Origin: Planctomycetota bacterium
GTDB taxonomy: Bacteria > Planctomycetota > B15-G4
Assembly (NCBI GenBank): GCA_038212275.1
Contig: JBBQUR010000008.1
Location: 1-64,000, forward strand
Direction: 5' to 3'
DNA length: 64,000 nucleotides
Shown here: one piece after another, positions 43,801-52,932 of the stretch
Layout of the letters: every line of letters starts with the position of its first letter
Position numbering within the stretch: position 1 is the first letter of the stretch
Notes under the pieces: generated by a model
The model's database searches: none
Told to the model about the DNA's origin: nothing
What the model saw: the letters and a program-made list of their open reading frames with translations, nothing else
Made by a program: the position numbers and the translations under genes

Positions 43801-44100
43801 GTCACGGTCCAGCGCGAATTGCAGCGTGACCTGCGTGCTGCCCTGCAGGCTGCTGCTGTTCATCGAGTCGATGCCGGCGATCGTCGAGAATTCGCGCTCG
43901 AGCGGCGTGGCCACGGAGCTGGCCATCGTCTCCGGACTCGCGCCGGGCAGCGCCGCCGTGACCTGGATGGTCGGGAAGTCCACGTTGGGCAGGTCGCTCA
44001 CGGGCAGCAGCCCGTACGCCAGCAGGCCGAAGCCGAGGATGGCCAGCATGACCAGCGTGGTCATGACCGGCCGCCGGATGCACAGCTCCGAGACGTTCAT
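40879..44100 (-). CDS. RND efflux permease (MdtB/MdtC-like)
   Basis: IRRPVMTTL, LPNVDFPTI, GFVVDDAIV, VKKNGIMMVDFA, RFRPIMMTT. Confidence 0.95.
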   Translation of the reverse strand: MNVSELCIRRPVMTTLVMLAILGFGLLAYGLLPVSDLPNVDFPTIQVTAALPGASPETMASSVATPLEREFSTIAGIDSMNSSSLQGSTQVTLQFALDRDIDAAAQDVQAAISRAGRELPQEMPTPPSYKKVNPADSPVLYLAVTSPTLPLSVLDEYAETLMSQRISMINGVAQVQVYGAQKHAVRIRLDPRELASRGLGVDEVAQAVADLNVNRPTGLLQGADKSFTIRSNGQLPQAADWRPAIVAWRHGNPVRLEELGHVVDSVENDRTAAWFTDERGMILAVQRQPGTNTVEVVQAVQQLLPSFRAVLPASVSIRTLYDRSASIRDSVDEVKFTLVLTLALVVAVIFLFLRSPRATLIPSLAMPLSIVGTFAVMHVLGFSVDNLSLLALTLSVGFVVDDAIVVLENIVRHMELGKGPLEASIAGSREIGFTILSMTVSLVAVFIPVLFMGGLVGRLLNEFAVTIAVAILISGVVSLTLTPMLCSRFLRPPEEETHGRMYRATERGMNAMLAVYDRSLQWALRRRVLTLLFSVAVLVATVFMFEAIPKGFLPDEDTNRISVPTEAAEGTSFQAMVALQAQAAAIVKADPNVDGFMSSIGARGAQALATNTGSLFLRLKPRDERSKSAAEIIQDLRGRFATIVGLRCYPQSLPPIRIGGQVTRSQYQYTLQATDTAPLIEHVPPLADAIAALPGVQDVSTDLQLKNPQLQVEIDRDRAASLGVTPEQVQLTLSDCFGTRQVSTIYAPTNSYQVILELAPEFQADPSWLDQVYVRANTGKLVPLAAVTTRTTGVGPLTVNHLGQLPAVTVSFNLAPGTSLGPTVKAVDALAGRMLPPQISTSFQGTAQVFESSLQGLGMLLLMAVLVMYLILGILYESFIHPLTILSALPFAGFGAIATLMLFRVELSLYGFVGVILLIGLVKKNGIMMVDFAVEAERNDGLPAAEAIYKACIVRFRPIMMTTMAALMGTLPIALGYGAGAESRRPLGLAVVGGLLFSQIVTLYVTPVIYVLMDGLAHRFGRRAAHGAAVPAAAATGDVVHGATATGAVAHGPSSATRGASTGIVPGTASSPE

Positions 44101-44113
44101 CGCGGCCGCCTGC

Positions 44114-45277
44114 TCACGTGTCGAAGCTCACCGCGGCGCCGTCCACGAGGCGCAGCTGGCCGTCAGTCACGACGGTCTCGCCCTCCGTCACGCCCTCGGC
44201 AAGCAGCGTGTCGGCGCCCGCCGTGCGCTGCACGGTCACCGCGCGCAGCGTGACGGTGCCGTCGTCGCGCACGACGAAGACGAAGTCGCCCTGCTGGCCT
44301 GTCTGCACGGCGCGCGCCGGCACCACGAGCGCGCCGACGTCGGTGCTCAGCTCCAGCGCGATGTCCACGTACTGGCCCGGCCACAGCGCGCGGTCGGCAT
44401 TCGCGAAGGTGGCCATGAGGCGGATCGTGCCCGTGCTGCTGTCCACCGCGTTGTCGATGAAGCTCAGCGTGCCGTTCACCGCCGCGCCGCCGCCGGGCGT
44501 GGCCACTGCGGCCAGCGGCGCCTGCCGCTGCTGCGCGCGGATCTCGGGCAGCCTGTCCTGCGGCACGGCGAAGGAGGCGCGGATCGGGACCACCTGGCTG
44601 ATCGTGAGCAGCTCCGTCTCGTTGGCCTTGACCACGCTGCCGACGCGCACGCCCAGCAAGCCGGTGCGCCCGTCGAAGGGAGCGCGCAGCGTGCAGTAGT
44701 CCAGTTTCAGCCGCGCGGTCTCGAGCATGGCCTGGTCGGCGGCCACGACGGCGCGTGCGGCGTCCGCCGAGGCGTGCGCCTGCTGCTGCGCGCGCTCCGA
44801 GACGGCGCGGGCATCCTTCACCGACGCCATCTGCTCGACCTCGAGCGCGGCATCCGCGGCCGTGGCCTGGTCGCGCGCGAGCGATGCTTCGGCGAGCTGC
44901 ACGGCGGAGCGCGCCGGGCGATCATCCAGCACGACGAGCACGTCGCCGGCCTTCACGTCGTCGCCCTCGTCGAAGCGCACGCCGACGACGCGGCCCTCCA
45001 CCTGCGGCTTGAGCACCACCGACGCCGGCGACACCACCATGCCCACCGCGTGCAGCCGCAGCGGCACGTCGCGTCGCTGCACCTTCGCTACGGACACCGG
45101 CGCGACGGACACCGGCGCGACGGGCGCCGCGGTCGTCGCTCCCGCGGACGACTCGCCACCTTCGCCACCTTCGCCGCCGCAGGCCGGCAGCCACGCGAGC
45201 AGCAGCCCGAGCGCCGGGAGCGCATGTCGCAAGTGGCCTCTCGCGCCCGACATCCCGCCCCACATCCGATGCCTCAT
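44114..45277 (-). CDS. RND periplasmic adaptor (MdtA-like)
   Basis: Lipobox LPAC; FDEGDDVKAGD, APFDGRTG, IDNAVDSSTGTI, LWPGQYV, VVTDGQLRL; start uncertain. Confidence 0.9.
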   Translation of the reverse strand: MRHRMWGGMSGARGHLRHALPALGLLLAWLPACGGEGGEGGESSAGATTAAPVAPVSVAPVSVAKVQRRDVPLRLHAVGMVVSPASVVLKPQVEGRVVGVRFDEGDDVKAGDVLVVLDDRPARSAVQLAEASLARDQATAADAALEVEQMASVKDARAVSERAQQQAHASADAARAVVAADQAMLETARLKLDYCTLRAPFDGRTGLLGVRVGSVVKANETELLTISQVVPIRASFAVPQDRLPEIRAQQRQAPLAAVATPGGGAAVNGTLSFIDNAVDSSTGTIRLMATFANADRALWPGQYVDIALELSTDVGALVVPARAVQTGQQGDFVFVVRDDGTVTLRAVTVQRTAGADTLLAEGVTEGETVVTDGQLRLVDGAAVSFDT

Positions 45278-45663
45278 GGCCAGAGTCTCCGTCCACCGTC
45301 CGCGGCTGCCGTCCGTCGCGCGGCGCGATGCGGCGCGTCACGGACGGACGCGTCCGTCCGAACAGCCTGCCCGAGAGCCGCGCCGCACGCAATGATTCAC
45401 TGCGGCCGCCCCTCCGGAGCAAGGGGCGCAGCGTGCAGGCTCGCAGGCTGAAGCTGCACGCCGAGGGGCGAGCGCAGCAGGGGCGTGGCATGCGGTCGGA
45501 TGACGAGAGCGAGGCGCACGGGATGAGGCACGCGGGAGGAGGCCGAAGTGCACCAGCAGCGCACCGTCACACCGCACGCGACGCCCCCGCGGCGCTCATC
45601 GGCATTGATCGCACCGCCGGGTGATGATTCACTCACGGGCAACAACCCCGTTGAGGACATGGC

Positions 45664-46620
45664 ATGGCATTGCATTCGATGAGCACGACCGAGATCCGCC
45701 GCGAGCTGGAGCGTCGCGAGGCCGGCGCGAAGAAGCTGCTGGATCAGCACGCCTGGCTGTCGACGCGCCTGGCCGAACTGGCGACGAAGCTCGATGAGCT
45801 TGGCGAGGCGGCGGACCGTCCCGCGCGCCGCGGCCGCAAGCCCGGTCGTTCGAAGGGCGGCGCCTCCGCGTCGGCCGGCAGCACGGGCAAGGCGCCGTCG
45901 GGCGGCAAGCGCGCGAAGAATTCGATGAGCCTCGTCGATGCCGTGAGCAAGGTCGTGGCCGCAGGCCGCACCGTCTCCCCCGCCGACGTGCTGGCCTCGG
46001 TGAAGTCGATTTACAAGTCCACCAGCAAGAACCTCGGCATGATGGTCGCGAACACGCTGGCCAAGCATCCTGAGTTCAAGCGCCTCGGTCGCGGACAGTA
46101 CCAGCGCCTCGTCGGCAAGGCTCAGCCGGCCGCCGCAGCGAAGAGTGCCGCGAAGCCGGCGAAGAAGGCACAATCGGCAACGAAGCCAAAGCGCGCGAAG
46201 GTCGCAAAGGTCGCAAAGGTCGCAAAGGTCGCAAGGGTCGCAAGGGTCGCAAAGGTCGCAAAGGTCGCAAGGGTCGCAAACGTCGCGAAGGTCGCGAAGG
46301 TCGCGAAGCAGGCACCCAAGGGCGGCAAGGCCACGTCGGCGAAGAAGGCCGACACGCCGAAGGCGGCCCGTGCCGCGCAGCCCGCGAAGCCCGCAAAGCC
46401 CGCGAAGACGAGCGGACCGGCGAAGGCGACAAAAGCAGCGAAGACCGGCAATCCGCCCCGCAAGGCGAAGGCGGCGAAGAAGACCCGCTCGAACAAGAAG
46501 CCGCGGGCAGGCAAGTCAGCGCCGAAGTCCACGCCGGCGACGTCCGCCGCGTCGACAAGCGTGGCCGTGAAGCCGGCACTTTCGGCGGCCACACCGAAGC
46601 TGCTCGACATCTCCACCTGA
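45664..46620 (+). CDS. Highly basic nucleoid-associated protein candidate (coiled coil + wHTH-like + H1-like tail)
   Basis: STTEIRRELERR coiled coil, RRGRKPGR, KNSMSLVDAV..YKSTSKN..FKRLGRGQY, long K/A/P tail; GAGG RBS. Confidence 0.75.
   Translation: MALHSMSTTEIRRELERREAGAKKLLDQHAWLSTRLAELATKLDELGEAADRPARRGRKPGRSKGGASASAGSTGKAPSGGKRAKNSMSLVDAVSKVVAAGRTVSPADVLASVKSIYKSTSKNLGMMVANTLAKHPEFKRLGRGQYQRLVGKAQPAAAAKSAAKPAKKAQSATKPKRAKVAKVAKVAKVARVARVAKVAKVARVANVAKVAKVAKQAPKGGKATSAKKADTPKAARAAQPAKPAKPAKTSGPAKATKAAKTGNPPRKAKAAKKTRSNKKPRAGKSAPKSTPATSAASTSVAVKPALSAATPKLLDIST
46195..46308 (+). repeat. 9-bp tandem repeat GC[AG]A[AG]GGTC (~12 copies) encoding (AKV/ARV)n
   Basis: Directly visible. Confidence 0.9.
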
Positions 46621-46635
46621 GCGTCGCGTGAACGA

Positions 46636-46678
46636 GACATCGCGTCGGGCCGCGCTCGCGCGGGCCCGACGCGATGTC
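46636..46678. terminator. GC hairpin between convergent genes
   Basis: GACATCGCGTCGGGCC...GGCCCGACGCGATGTC. Confidence 0.55.
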
Positions 46679-46756
46679 CTGCACGGCGCCGTGTCCTGCG
46701 TGCCTCGGTCCGCGGCGCCCGGGCGAGTGGCCCGACCCTCCGCGCGGCACGCACGC

Positions 46757-48082
46757 TCAGCTTCCGATGACTTCCTTCAGGCCGTTGGAAGCGGACACGC
46801 CATGCGCTGCCTGCGGGTCGGCGGCGAAAACCTGGTGGTACAGCTCCAGTCCGACGAGGTTGGGCTGAGTCGGGACGACGAACTGCATCGTCGCGTCGCC
46901 AGCGCCGGCACCGACGCCGGGCAGCGCGAACGCCAGCGGCACGAAGAGCGCGCCCGACGGATCCACGAGCAAGGACGCGCCCTTGAGCTTGGCGGCGCCC
47001 CGCGGCAGCGAGCCCGTTCCGATGAACATCACGGCCGGCGCGCCGCCGACGAAGTCCAGCAGCTCGAAGCCGACGGTCTGGCCGCCGCACGGCGAGAAGA
47101 TCGCGCGGAACTTCGGCGTCAGCCCGCCACTGCCCGGCTCGCCCTGGCCGTACATGCTGAAGCGGCCGGTGCACGTCGTCACGTCCTCGGGCGCGGACAC
47201 GCCGTCGAGTTCGCCGATCGCCGGGTCGCTGAAGATGACCGTCATGTTGCCGAGGGCATCGATGCGCACGACCTTGCCGGGCCGCCCCGACACGATGAGT
47301 CCGCCGGAGCGCGAGAGTTTGATGTCGTTCGGGTTGTGGATCTTGTCCGGGTCGGCCGGCACGAAGATGTCGCCCTCGCCGGTGTCGATGCGGAAGCGGG
47401 CGATCGTCGACGTGCCGTAGTTGGCGAGGAAGAGATTGCCCGCGCCGTCCAGCGCGAGGCCGCCGGGCTGCGAGATGAAGTCGGCATCCGAGAAGAGCGT
47501 GGCGTGTCCCTGCGCATCGATGCGGATGATCGTGTCGTCGCCGAGGTTCGCGACGAAGAGATTGCCCGCATCGTCGTAGGCCATGCCGTCCGGGATGTTC
47601 AGCAGTCCGTCGGTGGACACCGCGTCGTGCATGAGCACCTGACTGCCGTCGTAGCCGATACGCAGGATCATGCTGGCCGCCATGTCCGACACGACGAAGG
47701 CCCGTCCATCGGGCGACGGGATGCACGTGACCGGCATCTGCAGGTGGCCGCCGCTGCTGAGCACCGAGCGCGTGCCGTCCGGCGCGATCTTCATGATGGC
47801 CACGAAGCCGCGATCGGGCACGTAGAAGTTGCCGTCGGGAGCAACCCAGCCGTAGTGCGGAATGTCCATCGGGTGCGCCCACGCGGCGCCGACGCCCGTC
47901 TCGCCGTCCACGCGCCAGATGGCGCCGACGCTCGGCGCGGACAGCAGCAGGTCCTTGGGGCCGAGCTGTGCGCCGGCGCCCTGAGCATCGGCGCCCTGGG
48001 CGCCAAGAGTTGCCGCCATCAGGCCGGCAAGGATCGGGACACCGCAGGCACGAAGGCCGACACGACACGAAGTGAACTGCAT
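46757..48082 (-). CDS. Secreted NHL/SMP-30-like beta-propeller with the shared C-terminal module
   Basis: Signal peptide; PDGMAYDDAGNLFVAN and PGGLALDGAGNLFLAN repeats; C-terminal YHQVFAADP..SASNGL. Confidence 0.8.
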   Translation of the reverse strand: MQFTSCRVGLRACGVPILAGLMAATLGAQGADAQGAGAQLGPKDLLLSAPSVGAIWRVDGETGVGAAWAHPMDIPHYGWVAPDGNFYVPDRGFVAIMKIAPDGTRSVLSSGGHLQMPVTCIPSPDGRAFVVSDMAASMILRIGYDGSQVLMHDAVSTDGLLNIPDGMAYDDAGNLFVANLGDDTIIRIDAQGHATLFSDADFISQPGGLALDGAGNLFLANYGTSTIARFRIDTGEGDIFVPADPDKIHNPNDIKLSRSGGLIVSGRPGKVVRIDALGNMTVIFSDPAIGELDGVSAPEDVTTCTGRFSMYGQGEPGSGGLTPKFRAIFSPCGGQTVGFELLDFVGGAPAVMFIGTGSLPRGAAKLKGASLLVDPSGALFVPLAFALPGVGAGAGDATMQFVVPTQPNLVGLELYHQVFAADPQAAHGVSASNGLKEVIGS

Positions 48083-48211
48083 GACAGCATTCTCCCGGGA
48101 CTGGTGAGCAGGCGTCGGACAGGCGCGCAAGCGGGCCACCCGTCGACGACGACACGGGTTCTCACCGGGAGCGCACCGCGGGCGTCACACGCCCGTCGAC
48201 GCGGAGCCGCC

Positions 48212-48550
48212 TCAGTGCAGCACCAGCCAGAGCAGGATGCAGATCACGAGCAGCAGGCACACGGCGGCCACCTGCCGCTTGCGCAGCGCAGCGCGTGAGG
48301 GGCGACGGTCGTCGCTCAGGCCTTCGTTCCGCAGAAAGTCCTCGTAGTCGGCCTGCTCGTCGCCGTCTTCTTCGTCTTCTTCGTCGTCGTCACCTGTCGC
48401 GCCGTATCCGACGGGCAGGTCTCCCGCCCAGGCCTCGGCGTCCTCCGACCAGCCGCTCTGCGCGTCCGAGCCGCATGCGGCGCACGCGAGCGCTCCCGAA
48501 GCGACCTGCGCTCCGCAATGCGGGCAAGGGAAGGTCCTGCGTCGTCTCAA
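48212..48550 (-). CDS. Small zinc-ribbon protein with acidic linker and C-terminal TM
   Basis: CPHCG..ACAACGSD..GWSE, DYEDFL; TTG start overlapping the upstream TGA. Confidence 0.7.
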   Translation of the reverse strand: MRRRRTFPCPHCGAQVASGALACAACGSDAQSGWSEDAEAWAGDLPVGYGATGDDDEEDEEDGDEQADYEDFLRNEGLSDDRRPSRAALRKRQVAAVCLLLVICILLWLVLH

Positions 48551-49146
48551 CAGGTCTCGTGCTTCCAGTGGCGGCGCTTGCCGGCGGCCATCCACTCCAT
48601 GGCCTGCGCGATGCGGCGGGCGCGCGTCTCGTCGCGCCTGGCCTCGGCAATCCACTCGAGGTACTCGCGCTGGCAGCTCGGAGGAAAGCCGTCGAAGCAT
48701 GCACGCGCCTTCTTGTTCCCGGCGAACGCGGCCTTCAGCTCGGGGTGCATCGGCAGCGCCTTCTTCGGCAGCGTCTTGCCGCGCTTCACAGCGATGCCCT
48801 CGTCATTGAGCTTCGCGGCCTTCCTGAGGTAGCCGACGAGCACCTTCTTCGAGGGCAGGTCGGACAGCGTCTTCAGGCTGCCGAAACTTCCCATCGCCTC
48901 GCGCGCCTTGCCGTCGTCTCCCACGACGAGCGCGTGCTTCCAGAAGCCGAAGGCGGCGTGCTGCTTGAAGGCGGCCATGTGGCAGAAGGGGCCCTTGTAC
49001 TCGAAGGCGGGCATGCTCCACTTCACGGTCTCGACGACGTCCGGGCACGCCGCGTGCACCAGCTCGCGCAGGTGCCGCAGGATCGGCTGCGCGAAGGGCG
49101 CGGCCTTGCTGATGTAGGTGTCGACGCGCTTGTCCCGGCTTCCCAT
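48547..49146 (-). CDS. YdeI/OmpD-associated family protein (DUF1801)
   Basis: FAQPILRHLR, ETVKWSMP, AAFKQH..FGFW, REYLEWIAEARRDETR. Confidence 0.9.
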   Translation of the reverse strand: MGSRDKRVDTYISKAAPFAQPILRHLRELVHAACPDVVETVKWSMPAFEYKGPFCHMAAFKQHAAFGFWKHALVVGDDGKAREAMGSFGSLKTLSDLPSKKVLVGYLRKAAKLNDEGIAVKRGKTLPKKALPMHPELKAAFAGNKKARACFDGFPPSCQREYLEWIAEARRDETRARRIAQAMEWMAAGKRRHWKHETC

Positions 49147-49164
49147 GAACGATCCTCCCCGAGT

Positions 49165-50187
49165 TCAGCCGCGCAGGTGCGCGAGCACGTGTTCCACTTC
49201 CGCGGTGCTGCCGAGGATCACCGGCGTGCGCTGGTGAATGGCCGTGGGCTGCACGTCGAGGATGCGCTGATCCGGCGCGACGAAGGCGGCGCCGCCGGCC
49301 TGCTCGATGAGCATCGCCATCGGGTTGGCCTCGTACATGAGGCGCAGCTTGCCGGACGGCGACTTCTTCGTCGGCGGGTACATGAAGACGCCGCCCTGCA
49401 GCAGTACGCGGTGCACGTCGCCCACCATCGCGCCGACGTAGCGGCTCGAGTAGCCGTTGCCCTGCGCCCAGGCGAGGTAGCGCTGGTAGCCGTCGGGCAT
49501 CGAGAGCCGGTGACCCTCGTTGACGGAGTAGGTCTTGTTCACGGCCGGAATCCGCAGCTGTCGCTCCACGAGCACGAAGGCGCCGATGGCCGGGTCCAGC
49601 ACGAAGAGGTCCACGCCCGAGCCGAGCGTGAGTGCGAAGAGCGTCGAGGAGCCGTAGATCACGTAGCCCGCCGCCACCTGCTGGCAGCCTGGCTGCAGCA
49701 GCGAGTCCTCCGCGCGCTTCGCGCGCCGGTCGTGCTTCAGGATGCTGAAGATCGTGCCGACGCTCCCGGCGATGTCCAGATTGGACGAGCCGTCCAGCGG
49801 ATCGAACAGCACGCAGTAGCCGCGCGGCCCCTCGGCCAGCTCGCGGATGATGACCGGCTCGTCGTTCTCTTCCGAGGCGACGATGGCCACGCCCTCGCGC
49901 CCGCCGAGCGTGCGCAGCAGCACCTCGTTGGCGATGACGTCGAGCTTCTGCTGCTGCTCGCCCTGCACGTTCTCCGCACCCGCGCCGCCGAGAACGTCCT
50001 CGAGCCGTGCCCGACGCACGCGCGACGCGATGATCTTGGCGGAGATGGACAGCGCCGAGAGAATCCACGACAGGGTGCCTGTCGCCTCCGGATGCGTGGC
50101 CTGCTGCTGCAGGATGTGCCCCTGCAGCGTGACGATCTGGCCGTAGCGGCCTGCCAGCGCGGAAGCCTGGTCCGGGGCGGCGCTCAT
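49165..50187 (-). CDS. fbp: Class 1 fructose-1,6-bisphosphatase
   Basis: NVQGEQQQKLDVIAN, ASEE, FDPLDGSSN, RYVGAMVGDVHR, GKLRLMYEANP. Confidence 0.95.
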   Translation of the reverse strand: MSAAPDQASALAGRYGQIVTLQGHILQQQATHPEATGTLSWILSALSISAKIIASRVRRARLEDVLGGAGAENVQGEQQQKLDVIANEVLLRTLGGREGVAIVASEENDEPVIIRELAEGPRGYCVLFDPLDGSSNLDIAGSVGTIFSILKHDRRAKRAEDSLLQPGCQQVAAGYVIYGSSTLFALTLGSGVDLFVLDPAIGAFVLVERQLRIPAVNKTYSVNEGHRLSMPDGYQRYLAWAQGNGYSSRYVGAMVGDVHRVLLQGGVFMYPPTKKSPSGKLRLMYEANPMAMLIEQAGGAAFVAPDQRILDVQPTAIHQRTPVILGSTAEVEHVLAHLRG

Positions 50188-50356
50188 GCGAGGACTCCGT
50201 GAAAGGTGCGGGACGAGGCCTGTCTGCCTGACCGATGCGGTGCACACCCCGCTGCCGGAGATCGGTCGCGCAGGTTCTCGCACACTCCGGCGAGGTGGGC
50301 AACACCAGCGTCACGACCCGGCCCGCGCGAACGCCTCCACCCGGCGCGCCTCCACC

Positions 50357-50902
50357 TCACTTCGGCTTGCGGAAGCGCCACAGCATCCAGGTGACGACGG
50401 CCATCATCGCGAACAGGTAGGCGCCCATCAGCGGAAGGAAGGGCGTCGAGAGGTCGGGCGCCGCGACGGCGCCCGACCCGCTCGCGTCGCCTCCCGTGCC
50501 GCGCGCGATCTCGGCATTCAGCGCGAAGAGACCCTGAAAAATCACGAGCAGGAGCAGCAGCGTCGTGCATCCGATGGCCAGCAGCCCGGAGGCCATGTGC
50601 GCCAGGGACTCCGCGCGATGCGGCGGCGCGAGCCAGTAGTCCTTGTGCGGCAGGTTGATGAGGGCGTCGGGGATCTTCTCCAGCAGCAGCGGCAGCACGA
50701 GGAACATGCCGGCCATGAACACGTCCAGCCCGAGCGTCACCGCGAGGAACTCCGTGCGGGACATCCAGCCGTTCACGCGGTTGTCGAGGTCGAAGTGCGA
50801 GGCGATCCGCTCGGGGAGCTGCGGCCACCAGTAGGCGACCTGCACGAAGAGCGCCAGCGCGAGCAGGCACATCAACAGGGTCAGCACGCGTTTCAGGGGC
50901 AT
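50357..50902 (-). CDS. DUF1648 membrane protein
   Basis: LPERIASHF..NGW, INLPHKDYW. Confidence 0.8.
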   Translation of the reverse strand: MPLKRVLTLLMCLLALALFVQVAYWWPQLPERIASHFDLDNRVNGWMSRTEFLAVTLGLDVFMAGMFLVLPLLLEKIPDALINLPHKDYWLAPPHRAESLAHMASGLLAIGCTTLLLLLVIFQGLFALNAEIARGTGGDASGSGAVAAPDLSTPFLPLMGAYLFAMMAVVTWMLWRFRKPK

Positions 50903-50912
50903 CGGGCCCGGC

Positions 50913-51233
50913 CTACAGGGTCACGGGTTCGAAGTGCGGGAACATCTCCGCGGATTCGGCGAGATCCGAGAGCTTCACGCAATCGCTGAGTGCGAAGAAG
51001 CGGCTCCAGATCGCCTGCACGCCGACATTGTGGTGCGCCGCCGCCACGGCCTCCTCGGACTTCCACTCGAAGAGTTCGAGCAGCGTGCCGTCGCCTGCGC
51101 GCAGCACGACGGAAGGCCGATCCGTCGCCAGCCCCTCCTTGCGCAGCGCGGGCAGGTGGTCTCGGACGCAGTTCAGCAGCGCCGCATCCTGGCCGGGCTT
51201 CGGGCGATAACACGCGATGACGAGATGACCCAT
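50913..51233 (-). CDS. Conserved hypothetical protein (dimeric alpha/beta-barrel-like)
   Basis: VIACYRPKPG, H.PALR..GLATDRP, ELFEWKS, AH.N..VQ.IW. Confidence 0.7.
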   Translation of the reverse strand: MGHLVIACYRPKPGQDAALLNCVRDHLPALRKEGLATDRPSVVLRAGDGTLLELFEWKSEEAVAAAHHNVGVQAIWSRFFALSDCVKLSDLAESAEMFPHFEPVTL

Positions 51234-51336
51234 GGCAGCACATCCTCCCGGGAGAGGCCTGCGCGGGCTCGGGCGACATCGACCCGGCGGCAGGCGGACC
51301 TGCGCGACATGATGCGTGCTGCCGCGCTCCCGATCC

Positions 51337-52932
51337 ATGGCGGGACGGCGACCCCCGGCAGTACCATCCGCCGCCGTGCCTGCCGCCCTGCTCGCCATCC
51401 TCCTCGCGTGCTGCACCGCCACCGCGTCCGCGGCGGCCGCCTCACTGCAGGCGCCGGTCGGCACACCGGCGGTCGGCACATCGGCGGACGTGCTCGTCTG
51501 GGGCGGCGATGCCGAGGGCGGCGCGCCCTACGTCGAAGCCGATGCGGACGACCCGACGAAGGTCGTGGGCTTCGACGTGGAGATCGCGGAGCTCATCGCG
51601 CGACAGTCGGGGCGCACTGCGCAGTTCCTGCAGGTGGCCTACGCGAGCCTCGACCAGTCCGCGCAGCGCGGCGATTTCGAACTCGCGCTCAGCGGCATCG
51701 AGGACATCCCTTCACGGCGCGCGGAGCTCGCGGCCAGCATTCCTTACTACGAGTTCCGTGAAGTCCTCACCGTGCGCGAGGCCGACCGCGACCGCTTCGG
51801 AACGCTGGCCGACCTGCGCGGCAGACGCGTGGCGACGCTCGGCGGCACGCTCGCCTACGACCTGCTGCTGCAGGCCGAGGACAGCTGCGGACTGACGGCC
51901 GTCTCCTACGACGACGACGTGCACCCCTACTCGGACCTCCTGCTCGGGCGCGTGGATGCCGTGCTGCTCGACAACGTCCTGGCCGAGCGTGCCATGCGCC
52001 GCGACGAAGGCCTGTTCACCCAGCCCGGATCCGTGGCCACCGGCCACTACATCATCATCTCGGCGAAGGCCAACGCGGAGCGCATGGCCCGGGTGGACGA
52101 CATCCTGCGCGCCGCGATGGCCGACGGCACTCTGGAGACGATCTTCCGCAAGTGGAAGTCGTGGAATGACGACCAGAGCCCGCTGTACGCGCGACTGCTC
52201 GCCGGCTCGGAGACGGGCGCGGGCACTGGCACCAGTCCGTCCGCGACGGGCGGTCCCGGCGGACTTGACGGCGCCGCCGCACGCACGAGCGCCGTCGCGT
52301 GGCGCTATCTGCCGTCGCTGCTGCGCGCGGCGGCGATCACGCTGCTGCTCTCGTGCGCGGCGATGGCGCTGGCGATCGCGCTCGGCGTGGCCATCGCCAT
52401 CGGCCGCGTCTACGGCGGCCCGGTGGTGCGCGTGCTGCTCGCGACCTACGTCGAGGTGATGCGCGGCACACCGGTGCTGCTGCAACTCTTCGTGATCTAC
52501 TACGGGGCCGCATCGGTCGTGAGACTGCCGGCCTCTCTCGCGGCGCTGCTGGGGCTCGGCCTCAACTACGCCGCCTACGAGAGCGAGATCTATCGCAGCG
52601 CGCTGTCGGCGGTGCCGCGCGGGCAGCTCGAAGCGGCCGCCAGCCTCGGCTTCACCCGCGCACAGACGCTGCGGCTGATCCGCGCGCCGCAGGCCTTCCG
52701 CTTCGCGCTCGCGCCGATGACCAACGACTTCGTCGCGATGCTCAAGGACTCCTCGCTGGTCTCCGTGCTCACCGTCGTGGAGCTCACCAAGCAGACGCAG
52801 ATCTACGCCACCAACGTGGGCAGCTGGGTGCTGCCGGGCCTGCTCTGCGCGGCGCTCTACCTCGCGATGTCGCTGCCCCTCGGGCAGCTTGCGCGCCGGC
52901 TGGAAGCGCGCTGGAAGGCTCCCGGCGCATGA
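51337..52932 (+). CDS. Polar amino-acid ABC transporter, fused substrate-binding + permease
   Basis: WGGDAEGGAPY, GFDVEIA, RGTPVLLQL, NYAAYESEIYR, GQLEAA, LKDSSL. Confidence 0.92.
   Translation: MAGRRPPAVPSAAVPAALLAILLACCTATASAAAASLQAPVGTPAVGTSADVLVWGGDAEGGAPYVEADADDPTKVVGFDVEIAELIARQSGRTAQFLQVAYASLDQSAQRGDFELALSGIEDIPSRRAELAASIPYYEFREVLTVREADRDRFGTLADLRGRRVATLGGTLAYDLLLQAEDSCGLTAVSYDDDVHPYSDLLLGRVDAVLLDNVLAERAMRRDEGLFTQPGSVATGHYIIISAKANAERMARVDDILRAAMADGTLETIFRKWKSWNDDQSPLYARLLAGSETGAGTGTSPSATGGPGGLDGAAARTSAVAWRYLPSLLRAAAITLLLSCAAMALAIALGVAIAIGRVYGGPVVRVLLATYVEVMRGTPVLLQLFVIYYGAASVVRLPASLAALLGLGLNYAAYESEIYRSALSAVPRGQLEAAASLGFTRAQTLRLIRAPQAFRFALAPMTNDFVAMLKDSSLVSVLTVVELTKQTQIYATNVGSWVLPGLLCAALYLAMSLPLGQLARRLEARWKAPGA

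Noticed and set aside
40879..45277. RND pump lacking an outer-membrane factor as a novelty
   Set aside because: Adaptor-plus-permease operons that use a distal TolC-like channel are common.
45280..45660. ncRNA or riboswitch in the long intergenic region
   Set aside because: No recognisable conserved motif; most simply a divergent promoter region.
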